In this document: positions 19,201 to 26,820 of the stretch, piece by piece
Position numbering within the stretch: position 1 is the first letter of the stretch
Layout: the number at the start of each line of letters is the position of its first letter
IMG/VR virus record: IMGVR_UViG_3300005805_000314
Coordinates: 1-30,483 of that record
Source: a virus
Lineage: Duplodnaviria; Caudoviricetes
Direction: 5' to 3' (one strand)
DNA: 30,483 nt
Program-made: the position numbers and the translations under genes
The notes under the pieces: model-generated
The model's input: only the letters and a program-made list of their open reading frames with translations
Told to the model about the DNA's origin: nothing
The model's database searches: none

Positions 19201-20445
19201 GTGTTGTTCAGTAATTTCTAAACCATTTCCAGCTGCAACCGCTTGATCCCAATTATTTAAAGTAGTTCCAATTGATCCCATAAAAACTTCAATTTGTTTA
19301 TCTGGAGTTATATCCATATCAGGGACATTATCAACAAGGGCTTGAAAATACATTTGTGTATCAGAAATTGGATTTTTAGATCCTTGAAATAAAAAGGTTG
19401 CATTGGCTACATTTGTATTAGCTTGTTGAATTGTCTCAGCACGTCTAAAAGCTCCAGTAGCTTTTCTAACACTATCTGCATACTTAGCAGCTTCAACTTT
19501 TAATACAGGTTCTAATTCTCGTAAAGTATATTCTTGATACTTTTCTGGGTTTTTTACAATAATTTGATCATAAAGAAATTCATAAACATTAGTTCTGATT
19601 TCTGGTAGTGTCATTGTTTTGTAAGTACCAACCCTATCAAAGAATGCTGTATAGTTACCTAGGATTTGATTTTTTTCTGACCCACCATTTAAAACTGTTT
19701 GGATTTCTGATTCATCTGGAATAGGTAAAACGTTTGCAATTGAAATATTTAGATTTTGAATAGCAAGTCTATTATACTTATCAGCTAATGCACTATTCGA
19801 TTGAGCTTGTTTATATTTAAACCATTGATTGCTGTCTGCTGTTGGAAATGTTTCAACATAAAATTCATTAAAATCAACTAAAGCTTGTTCTGATTCAGTA
19901 TTACCAATTTTGTTATTTTTAGTACGCCACTTAGTATATTCTCGTCCCCAACGGTCTTCTTCAAATTTGTTCTGGGCTTCTCTATTACCAAATGCAGAAT
20001 AAGCATCAATATTTAAGTCTTTTACCCAAGTATCTCCTAACAATGGTGTCCAAATATCTCTAATATAAGTATTCCATGCTTCCATTTTTTCTGCTGGATT
20101 TCCGTATGAACGAACAACTTCACCTGTTTCTGTTTTAGATTCAGTATAATCTCCAGAAAAGATTTCTTTAAACTTTACCTTAGCTTTGTCAATTTCTGTT
20201 TTTTCGTTTTGACTGCGGATTGAACCAAATACATCAATACTAGTTTTTACCCCTCCAGCAATATCTCGTAATGCTCCAAACATTGCTTCTTCAGCAGAAG
20301 GACCTGTACTTCGTGCTGGAGCACCAAGTTGTACCGCTCCTCCACTAAAAGTATTACCTTGTTGAATTGGTTCTGCTCCAACCTGTGGAATCTCAATAGA
20401 ACCCTGCCCCAACCTTAAAATATTTTGTACATTCATTTGACTCAT
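16240..20445 (-). CDS. Putative internal virion (ejection) protein, gp15-like by position, 1401 aa
   Basis: Long ORF overlapping the gp14-like stop (ATGA), SD CAGGAG. Q/N/A-rich and apparently helical, no Cys seen, Gly/Pro-rich N-terminus typical of podovirus core proteins. No catalytic motif recognised. Assignment rests on synteny. Confidence 0.55.
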   Translation of the reverse strand: MSQMNVQNILRLGQGSIEIPQVGAEPIQQGNTFSGGAVQLGAPARSTGPSAEEAMFGALRDIAGGVKTSIDVFGSIRSQNEKTEIDKAKVKFKEIFSGDYTESKTETGEVVRSYGNPAEKMEAWNTYIRDIWTPLLGDTWVKDLNIDAYSAFGNREAQNKFEEDRWGREYTKWRTKNNKIGNTESEQALVDFNEFYVETFPTADSNQWFKYKQAQSNSALADKYNRLAIQNLNISIANVLPIPDESEIQTVLNGGSEKNQILGNYTAFFDRVGTYKTMTLPEIRTNVYEFLYDQIIVKNPEKYQEYTLRELEPVLKVEAAKYADSVRKATGAFRRAETIQQANTNVANATFLFQGSKNPISDTQMYFQALVDNVPDMDITPDKQIEVFMGSIGTTLNNWDQAVAAGNGLEITEQHPNWSLLSPFEKIQIVREHIRNLGRNLDIARIAGVPKDQLNDYLESASRAIASNDPTFQKAVEEWNSRNKIQTNLNIQSIGLMGTEQAVDSFTNSSLGSISISKYGVPVEEWRKLYTEVDSKGITQFRTEKDFATWYKSLSEESRKNLALRGINLGNVKQMLETDANLAQQIEQAALEHKSKLTSGSGPLTEEQQNAYIRSAQEFAPNNTPNITQSQGSLVSGLITGRFAQSNENRKYLDLVRQAYHAQKTLLTLPQSAYNQDGSLNLTKLTPQQQAAHAFVMSSGDIHSIFKYMKSDGSPGNYLDDHVSALFVLDLQVQALQPRLLEALPGFNGLTGEEAETYANNLAVELERMSMEFVTGGAEPYDGRVPNNAWNGKDFTYEGKRFLVQSILIGSTLGTSSNWSERDRFGDAFKKITEGLGNVRDINELIQNPQKALQATALMALGLEYKKNYDRGLVVNVGNASYVETRLFLMGAAAEDYSLGNVADFFTNPEFRAKADLAVAMPLVVASMQVPDTNVEMTFEMGGGNAGRVGMVYTLEDKSVAIAMSALGVQLDPQIGEQLNQQQEAGKTIVLRGNEGLSPSDPNWSVDTFVSNMQSSGFFGPGETIQGIAISMRDSILSGSIDPTLPPLSDEETIRKGATLLWETTSNNRRLLSGAMRGFMGPVGKHPLFAPGEGERRAETQSRNFFNFLGTALDIDLIVRNPLFVTGAYTTQDTPFNKQQVEISPGVFGSFYAVYNQNPSRSSNNFNLTATLNEFVGNKDLGMSLLEDVTGKYNPKKNGAISANGMLFKVGSTILEHVPDDATFLAAITPWLEAEGLVTPGYQTMPDLLLSDEQEVPINSKPAKLALMAVLSEGNQDLTFKEKIEMLNEVYIAGGGTRRLINSKYNSELPGFSTITQEFNTGNVSSFLPSYDWINRDFNGPLLSLNNAFFTSFLDNTKKFQKRLQTLSVLNNEKQKEEERLSEMEKSEERLNFMSGTRGIP

Positions 20446-21122
20446 GAGTTGTCTCCTGAGGTGGTTGTGGTAGTTGTTGTCTTAGTTGGCATGAATCCAG
20501 CTGCCAAACCAGAGCCAATTTGTAATACACCAGAAATTAAACCACCTGTAGCTGCTGCGCTAGCATCACCAAAAATTGGTTCTGCATCCATTAACTGAAT
20601 ATTTGGTGCATAGATATTTTCAGTTTGTTGAGCAAGAATATCTCTAAATTGTCTATCAATTCCTTTTAACTCTTGTTCGTATGCTTGTTTAACTTGAGAT
20701 GATTTTTCTAAAGCATCTAAAGCTTGCATAGTAGCAAGTGCTCCATACATTCCACTTACAGAAGACACTCCTTTAGCAGTAATAGCATTTAACAAAGTAC
20801 TTGAATTACTACTAAGCAATCTAGACATATCTCGTCTTTGATTAGTAAAGTTTGTTGCTGCAACTTGTTTTGCATCGCTTTGGTATCTATAAGCTGATTG
20901 AGCAATTGAATGGTTTCGTTTTAATTGTTGTTGAAAGTTATAACTTGCTTGAAATTGCTCTCTAGCATTATTAAAGGTTTTTTGTGTATTAGAAGTAATC
21001 CAATTTCTGTATGCTTCTTGATTTCTTCGTTGTTGTTCTGCTGATGCAGCTGATCCACCAAAAATAGATTGTAATCCACCAGCTATAGCTGATCCAACTG
21101 CTAGCATTGTTGTTGGGTCCAT
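20442..21122 (-). CDS. Internal virion protein B-like (T7 gp14-like ejection protein), 226 aa
   Basis: SD AAGGAG. N-terminus MDPTTMLAVGSAIAGGLQSIFGG, a Q/A-rich helical middle and a Gly/Ala-rich hydrophobic C-terminal segment. Size and architecture match gp14-type ejection proteins. Confidence 0.65.
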   Translation of the reverse strand: MDPTTMLAVGSAIAGGLQSIFGGSAASAEQQRRNQEAYRNWITSNTQKTFNNAREQFQASYNFQQQLKRNHSIAQSAYRYQSDAKQVAATNFTNQRRDMSRLLSSNSSTLLNAITAKGVSSVSGMYGALATMQALDALEKSSQVKQAYEQELKGIDRQFRDILAQQTENIYAPNIQLMDAEPIFGDASAAATGGLISGVLQIGSGLAAGFMPTKTTTTTTTSGDNS

Positions 21123-21132
21123 ATATTACTCC

Positions 21133-22797
21133 TTACCAGCCCCATTGGCTTTTACGATTTTTAGGTTTTTGATTAGTAGCAACAACCCGTGTAGCACCAC
21201 TAGTTGGAGCGTAGTCACTGGCTCTAAAGTTATTAGCCCAGTCCTTAACTCTTTTTTCCCACTCTTTCTTTTTATAATCTTCTGTAGCCTTTTCGGTATC
21301 AGTAGACATGTGGGCTTTATAATACTCTACGGCTGCTGACAGCACATCCACCCTATCGTCGTGCTTCAAAGCCCCTCGACCTCTATGCAGTCTTGTGAGT
21401 TGTAGTTGATTAGTCTGATCCTTAGCTGCCTTGCGTGACATAACTAAGCGATGCATAGCCATCACAGGTTCCAAGGTAGATATAATTCTTAGTTCTTTTT
21501 GACCAGTTACCTTGTACTCCTCGACCCCAACTTGGTGGGGACAGTTCTTCATTAAGAATGGAATCAAGACTTTAGTAAACAAACCATCACCAAAGTTAGA
21601 CTCTACACGGACCAAAGGTAATTGATATTCATTTACAATCTTAGCAATCTTATTTAAAGTAGCATCATCATAGCCACCTTGGATACCTAAAAGTTCATGG
21701 ATAAATATAGTACCACTTAGGACTGAGGATACACATAAGCCAGTCTCATCAGCTCCTCTGCCACTAGGGTCTATACTTAGGTGACTATGGTTGTATTTAA
21801 GGTAATTATTACTAATGTACATAGGCTCTGAGATTAAATCCCCAGAGATACCAAAGTTAGGCATATCCCTTAGGGGATTCTGTCCTTGCCAGACAATTTT
21901 ATCTGGACCGATCTCTGGATCTAGATCCATGACTATTAGATCCCTAAGCTTTAATGGATACCTGTCGGCATCCGCAAGGGATGTCACCAGCTTGTATTGC
22001 AGGGCGTAGTGACTAGGGCCGATTTTAGCCCGTCTAGAGCCAAGCTCGGTACGGTCGAACCGTTCGGGCTGGGTAGCGTCCCCTGGCTCTATATCCAATC
22101 CTAGGACCCAAGAAGCCACGTCTTCCATCTCGGCTGGGATGGATGGATCAGGCATCTCCGCAGGGTACTTGATCATGGGGTAGGATTCCTTGAGGACATT
22201 GTAAACCGAGTCTTGGTAGTGGGGGGTACCTAGAAAAATAACCCTTGAGCCTTTATTTCTAATAGACTCTAGTTCTGCCAGCTTTTTAAGTAATGTTTCT
22301 TTACCTACTGGGGTTTCATTCTTACCCGCAATTTCAATGTCGTCTAGAACCACGCGGTCTGCGTGTAGACCTGTAATCTGTCCTGTGATGCCTCGGGCGG
22401 CACAGTTTAGATCTTGTGTAAACTTGGTTCTAACCGCTAGGTTAAAACCAAGGGCATTGTCTTTATCCATATCCCGTGGAATCATATACTTGCAATATGG
22501 AACCACTGATAGGATTTTTCTAGCCTGGGAAACAAAGTCTATAGCCTTGCCTTGGGTATTGGATAATACCAGAAAGGTTAGGTTTGGGTCTTTAAGCCAC
22601 TCCCAGCTGGCTAGACAAGCAGTAATGGTAGACTTACCAGTACCTCGTCCTGCGGCTATAATAGCATCTGAAGGACCTTCTTGGATCTCTCGGGCTAGTT
22701 CATACTGAATTCGGGTAGGCTCCCCAAGGCCAAGATGCTTAAAACAAAAATACAAGTGGTTTCTAAAATCATCAATAACTTCTTGGGGAACCTTCAT
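21133..22797 (-). CDS. terL: Terminase large subunit (T7 gp19-like DNA maturase B), 554 aa
   Basis: Walker A AAGRGTGKST, GITGQITG motif, Walker B VVLDDIE, coupling motif FLGTP, RNase H-like nuclease motifs SIDPSGRGADE and HDDRVD, and KELRIISTLEPVM. This pattern is characteristic of T7-type gp19. Confidence 0.95.
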   Translation of the reverse strand: MKVPQEVIDDFRNHLYFCFKHLGLGEPTRIQYELAREIQEGPSDAIIAAGRGTGKSTITACLASWEWLKDPNLTFLVLSNTQGKAIDFVSQARKILSVVPYCKYMIPRDMDKDNALGFNLAVRTKFTQDLNCAARGITGQITGLHADRVVLDDIEIAGKNETPVGKETLLKKLAELESIRNKGSRVIFLGTPHYQDSVYNVLKESYPMIKYPAEMPDPSIPAEMEDVASWVLGLDIEPGDATQPERFDRTELGSRRAKIGPSHYALQYKLVTSLADADRYPLKLRDLIVMDLDPEIGPDKIVWQGQNPLRDMPNFGISGDLISEPMYISNNYLKYNHSHLSIDPSGRGADETGLCVSSVLSGTIFIHELLGIQGGYDDATLNKIAKIVNEYQLPLVRVESNFGDGLFTKVLIPFLMKNCPHQVGVEEYKVTGQKELRIISTLEPVMAMHRLVMSRKAAKDQTNQLQLTRLHRGRGALKHDDRVDVLSAAVEYYKAHMSTDTEKATEDYKKKEWEKRVKDWANNFRASDYAPTSGATRVVATNQKPKNRKSQWGW

Positions 22798-23018
22798 CAG
22801 TATGCTGCTTTCTTAATCTTAAAGGGTACGGCATCTTTCATGGCTGCCTCTACAGCTTCAATTGTTTCATTAGGAATGGTATTGACCTTATCCTTGTGGT
22901 CGCTTAGGACTCCACGGACTACGGTATACAGACCTGGTGTTCGTCTATCAGGATCATTTAGATCGTTAATTAGACAATCTAATAGTTTATCCTGCATGTC
23001 ATTTAGTTTTTCTTTCAT
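22797..23018 (-). CDS. terS: Terminase small subunit (T7 gp18-like), 73 aa
   Basis: Short helical ORF whose stop overlaps the terL start. LLDCLINDLNDPDRRTPGLYTVVRGVLSDH resembles the gp18 pattern (L..DL.....R.P.LY..I..LL..H). Confidence 0.75.
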   Translation of the reverse strand: MKEKLNDMQDKLLDCLINDLNDPDRRTPGLYTVVRGVLSDHKDKVNTIPNETIEAVEAAMKDAVPFKIKKAAY

Positions 23019-23260
23019 TTTTTTATTAACTCCCTGTTGTCATTTACAAAAGAAGGTGGTACACAGTACCAACCTTCGGGTAGGTGTACTTGGTGATTGC
23101 TTAGGATCCATTGTCCTTGCTGTAAGGTATAGACCCTTACATTAGCATTAGGTCCTAGGCGGATCGGACTGTCCTCTGGAATGAAGACTGTCCTGCTGCC
23201 GCAACCACTCATCAATCCTAGAACCAGCACGACGAAGACGGTCACGATCAATATCAGCAT
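23015..23260 (-). CDS. Lipoprotein, putative outer-membrane spanin (Rz1-like)
   Basis: Hydrophobic signal MLILIVTVFVVLVLG followed by the lipobox LMSG-C, and a Pro-containing mature part. It overlaps the upstream 65-aa ORF in another frame. The start could instead be 23302. Confidence 0.65.
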   Translation of the reverse strand: MLILIVTVFVVLVLGLMSGCGSRTVFIPEDSPIRLGPNANVRVYTLQQGQWILSNHQVHLPEGWYCVPPSFVNDNRELIKK

Positions 23261-23345
23261 CAACGGCAATCGTCCCTGCTTCAATTCTTTTAAGTAGTGC
23301 ATCTATAATTCCTACGGCTATCTGAGCCAGTACTTTATCAAACAT
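23148..23345 (-). CDS. Putative inner-membrane spanin (Rz-like), 65 aa
   Basis: Follows the holin-like gene with an 8-nt overlap. Has a weakly hydrophobic N-terminal helix, and its 3' half overlaps a lipoprotein gene in another frame (Rz/Rz1 layout). Confidence 0.45.
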   Translation of the reverse strand: MFDKVLAQIAVGIIDALLKRIEAGTIAVDADIDRDRLRRAGSRIDEWLRQQDSLHSRGQSDPPRT

Positions 23346-23538
23346 TTGGGGTTACTGATTGATCTACGGTTTTGGCATCCTTAGCAAGAATAAGACCAAC
23401 ACCAGCAATTACAGCAGCAATGGCTGAAGCAAAGTCAGCTGTGGTAGCGGGATCACCGTCAAACATGGCAGTAAGAACACCACCAATGGCTACGAGAATA
23501 GCACCAATACCAGCTACGGTTGTATTACGATTATTCAT
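23338..23538 (-). CDS. Holin-like two-TM membrane protein, 66 aa
   Basis: Two hydrophobic helices (VAGIGAILVAIGGVLTAMF and FASAIAAVIAGVGLILA) with a short acidic loop and a charged tail. SD AAGGAAG. Positioned between tail fiber and terminase, like T7 gp17.5. Confidence 0.65.
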   Translation of the reverse strand: MNNRNTTVAGIGAILVAIGGVLTAMFDGDPATTADFASAIAAVIAGVGLILAKDAKTVDQSVTPNV

Positions 23539-23795
23539 AGTTTCTTCCTTTCGAGTTCAATTACTCTTTGTTTTAGATCATCCAGCATAGCGCCATGCTT
23601 TGCATCATTGGATGAAATTTGAATTTGGGCTTTTACTAAGTCTTGTACAATTGTTTTTAGTTCACTAAGGTCTTTATCTGTTTTATCTATTAGTTGGGAT
23701 CTTTTACCTATATCAATAAAAAATCCAAAAACCCCCGCTGCTATTACTAATAGCTGTGCTAACTGCATGATATCTTGTTTTTTTTCTTGTGGCAT
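23535..23795 (-). CDS. Single-TM coiled-coil membrane protein (lysis-cluster or virion-associated), 86 aa
   Basis: Start moved to the ATG at 23795 (MPQEKKQD), 13 nt after the fiber stop and behind a G-rich SD. One TM (LAQLLVIAAGVFGFFIDI) is followed by a heptad-rich C-terminus. Confidence 0.6.
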   Translation of the reverse strand: MPQEKKQDIMQLAQLLVIAAGVFGFFIDIGKRSQLIDKTDKDLSELKTIVQDLVKAQIQISSNDAKHGAMLDDLKQRVIELERKKL

Positions 23796-23808
23796 AAAGA
23801 CCCCCCCA

Positions 23809-26800
23809 TTAAGTTGCATTAGGATTCCATGTTGTTCCTGAAAGTAAAGTTGTTGTTCCATCGGTATTTAAAACAGACATACGAATCCAAAGATTACTAG
23901 GAATACCTAATCTAGTAAACTTTACAGCACATTCGTTACGACCAGCTACACCTATAAGTTTTGGTAGATAGTTACCATAAGTTAGTGGTGATGGTGGTGT
24001 ACCGCTAACGTCGAAATTTGAACCAAACCCAACTCCATTGTTTGGCTGTTCGCTTAATGAATCATTTTCTAAATAGAACGTCCAAGGTCCTAAATCAATT
24101 TCATTATCAACAGCATTGTTGACGTTGTTATAATATACGTTTCCATTTGTATCGGCTGGATTTGGTCTTCGATATACCCTAGCATATCCAATAGATTTTA
24201 ATCTTGGAACACTGATGCATAAGTTAATAACGTATTGATTAGTACCTGTACCCGTTGCTTCAAAGTGTTCGCTTTGTACAAAAACCTTTACATCATTTTT
24301 ATCTAACCGCGTTCGAACCCTTTGTAATTGTCTTGGGGTAGAATTTTTTCGGTAGATTTCTGCTAAAGTTGTATTAATAGTTTCTCTTTGAGCGTTATTT
24401 GGGTGCTCATCAAAACCGTGTTCTAGTATAATTGCACTGGCAATATTAAAAGATCCAGCTTTATTAAAGGTATTAAACAATGAATCCTTAACAACTATTC
24501 TAAATACATACTCATCCCTTGGATCTGGAACAAAACTAATAGCATCGGAGAATATTCGATTGCTATCCATGTTAAACAGATGTGTACCAATAAAACCATC
24601 CCATCCATTAGGATCTTTAACAAATACATTTGGACGATAAAGCCAAGGTGAAACATCGGTTGCGTTTATTTCATCATAATTAGCAGATGAACCAGCTGAA
24701 ACAACAGGTGTTCTAATAGGTCTATTGTCTCCAGTTAAATTCCATAGTTTAACACTAGGGGTTTGATCTGTTGCTGTAATTCCAGATACATACCAATCAA
24801 TATCAGCTTCGTTAAATCTGTAAACTGTAGAAGTATTAGCCCAATACTGACACCAATTAAGCCAGAGAGAATCAGACTTATATAATCCACCCATGCCATT
24901 TTCAGTTAAACTACTGCTTGCATTACTAACATAACTTAAAACACCACTACCTGTAAACCTAACCGATTTACTAAGTGTTGCGTTTGCAGAAGCATTGCTA
25001 TCAAAAGGAGTTTCAGGCCATGTGCTTGGTTTATCCGTAGTTGTTGATTCTTGGTTATTAACCATAAACAAAGCAAGTTTATTGTAGTATATCATTTGCT
25101 TTGGCATTTTAAATAAACAAGTTCTTTCCGTATCGTTTGTAATTTCTAGTCTTTTATAAGTAACATCTTCCCAACCATTATAGTCAGCATCTAGTAAGAA
25201 ACTCTTGGCATACCGTGCTTGATGATCATTTTTTTCTGCGTCGGTAATAGCACTTAGATCGCCAGCTATTCCACTACGAACCCCAGCAAACGCAAAATCA
25301 CGCAATGCTGTAAGGTATTCATCACGATAACTTGTTGAAGTAGGTGATGTTAGATTAGCTCTGACAAGATTACTACGTTGGAAAAAGGTGTTAACATCGT
25401 TATAAATAACAGGAATATTACAAAGAGCAGTGTTATAACACTCAGGAACATTAAGGTAAAATCCATTTGGTTTTATACCTTTTCCTGTTATTTTTGAAAT
25501 AGAATCAGATCCATTATAATGGAAGTAAGCGTTATCTCGGTATAGCGTAGTTCCACTTAGAATACCATGATACTTTAAAGTAAGCGTATTTGACCACATA
25601 GATGGATGGTACAATTCTTGTGGGGAATCCCAAAACGCAATCTTATAATTTACAAGCTTATCGCCGCCATTATCTGTAAGGGTATCTGTACTAGGGACTG
25701 CTCGGTTTAAGTTCCAATAGAACTGAACCTTTACTGGATTAGCTAAGCTTGCAGCAAAGTTATTGATCTGTGTATTTACATTGTTAAAGAACGCTACAGG
25801 ATCTTGTTCAGAAGGAATTGTTTTTTTAATAATATGATACACTGTTGGAGGATGGGTTAAAACATAGTTTCCATTTGTATCTGTAAATGTCTCTAGTAAG
25901 CTGGTTGGAGTAGTCGGAACTGCATCAATTCTAGAATATGAGTTTGCTGTAGTTTGTCGATTATAAAACGTAAAATCTTTAAACTTTAGATTATTGTCTC
26001 TAATATCTACACTTGGTAAGTAATTTTTCCAAACTAAACCATCATGTACTAAGATCTGTTTTTCAACAGCTTGATTAATAGCTACATCTTGTAGGTTATC
26101 AAGAAATCCACCAATAGTACCAGCCTCAAACTTAGTCCCATTCCAAACTAATCCATAACCATTACTAATTCCTGATAAATCAAACTTAACTGGTCCTCCT
26201 AAGTTTTCTCCACCTTGAATGACAAACCCATTAGTAATAAAGTTTACTGGATTCCAATAGGTTGCGTTGGGTGGAGTTTGATTTGAATTAGCTTGGATGC
26301 ATTGATAAACTATACTGTTTAGTGTGACATAGTTACCAACACTGTAGGATGTTCCTGAGTTCCAAATTGTAACATTAGCTGCTACTGGATAGTAGTGATT
26401 GTTCGTTGCTCCAATCCATTCCTTTTCTTGACCTAAGAATAACAATTGATACAAAGATCCATTGAGTTGACCAGCAGTAATCTTAGCGCCATCTACAAAC
26501 TTGAATAACATTTTGTCGTTTGGAGTACATCGTCTAATAACAACCTGACCAGAAGCTGGTTGGTTTAAAACCACTCGTTCTAAGGTTTTATTGATTGTAT
26601 AATCAAGACCGTAGGTAAGTTTGGTTTCAGTAGCCCCAGCACTAGCCCTAGTATAGACACATAATTGATCTTGTGGAGGAAGCTCGCACATGATTGCGAT
26701 AGAAGCATATGAGTAAGTAGACCCAGCTGAGTAAACTTTTTCAACTGACCACGGGCCACCGTTAGGTTCATAATAAATAGGTTCATTGGACGAATAGTTA

Positions 26801-26811
26801 TAACAGGGCAT
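23809..26811 (-). CDS. Tail fiber / receptor-binding protein with a T7 gp17-like N-terminal adaptor, 1000 aa
   Basis: SD AAGGAG. N-terminus contains VVIRRCTP...FVDGAKITAGQLN...Q (T7 tail-fiber N-terminal pattern). Contains a CBM5/12-like W...Y..G..V....Y.C module. The rest is N/T/S/aromatic-rich and likely beta-structured. Confidence 0.8.
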   Translation of the reverse strand: MPCYNYSSNEPIYYEPNGGPWSVEKVYSAGSTYSYASIAIMCELPPQDQLCVYTRASAGATETKLTYGLDYTINKTLERVVLNQPASGQVVIRRCTPNDKMLFKFVDGAKITAGQLNGSLYQLLFLGQEKEWIGATNNHYYPVAANVTIWNSGTSYSVGNYVTLNSIVYQCIQANSNQTPPNATYWNPVNFITNGFVIQGGENLGGPVKFDLSGISNGYGLVWNGTKFEAGTIGGFLDNLQDVAINQAVEKQILVHDGLVWKNYLPSVDIRDNNLKFKDFTFYNRQTTANSYSRIDAVPTTPTSLLETFTDTNGNYVLTHPPTVYHIIKKTIPSEQDPVAFFNNVNTQINNFAASLANPVKVQFYWNLNRAVPSTDTLTDNGGDKLVNYKIAFWDSPQELYHPSMWSNTLTLKYHGILSGTTLYRDNAYFHYNGSDSISKITGKGIKPNGFYLNVPECYNTALCNIPVIYNDVNTFFQRSNLVRANLTSPTSTSYRDEYLTALRDFAFAGVRSGIAGDLSAITDAEKNDHQARYAKSFLLDADYNGWEDVTYKRLEITNDTERTCLFKMPKQMIYYNKLALFMVNNQESTTTDKPSTWPETPFDSNASANATLSKSVRFTGSGVLSYVSNASSSLTENGMGGLYKSDSLWLNWCQYWANTSTVYRFNEADIDWYVSGITATDQTPSVKLWNLTGDNRPIRTPVVSAGSSANYDEINATDVSPWLYRPNVFVKDPNGWDGFIGTHLFNMDSNRIFSDAISFVPDPRDEYVFRIVVKDSLFNTFNKAGSFNIASAIILEHGFDEHPNNAQRETINTTLAEIYRKNSTPRQLQRVRTRLDKNDVKVFVQSEHFEATGTGTNQYVINLCISVPRLKSIGYARVYRRPNPADTNGNVYYNNVNNAVDNEIDLGPWTFYLENDSLSEQPNNGVGFGSNFDVSGTPPSPLTYGNYLPKLIGVAGRNECAVKFTRLGIPSNLWIRMSVLNTDGTTTLLSGTTWNPNAT

Positions 26812-26820
26812 GGGTTCTCC

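Noticed and set aside
12646-21122. Lytic transglycosylase or lysozyme domain expected in T7-like ejection proteins
   Set aside because: No convincing ES...A.S...A.GLMQ or other muralytic motif was seen by eye. A divergent domain cannot be excluded.
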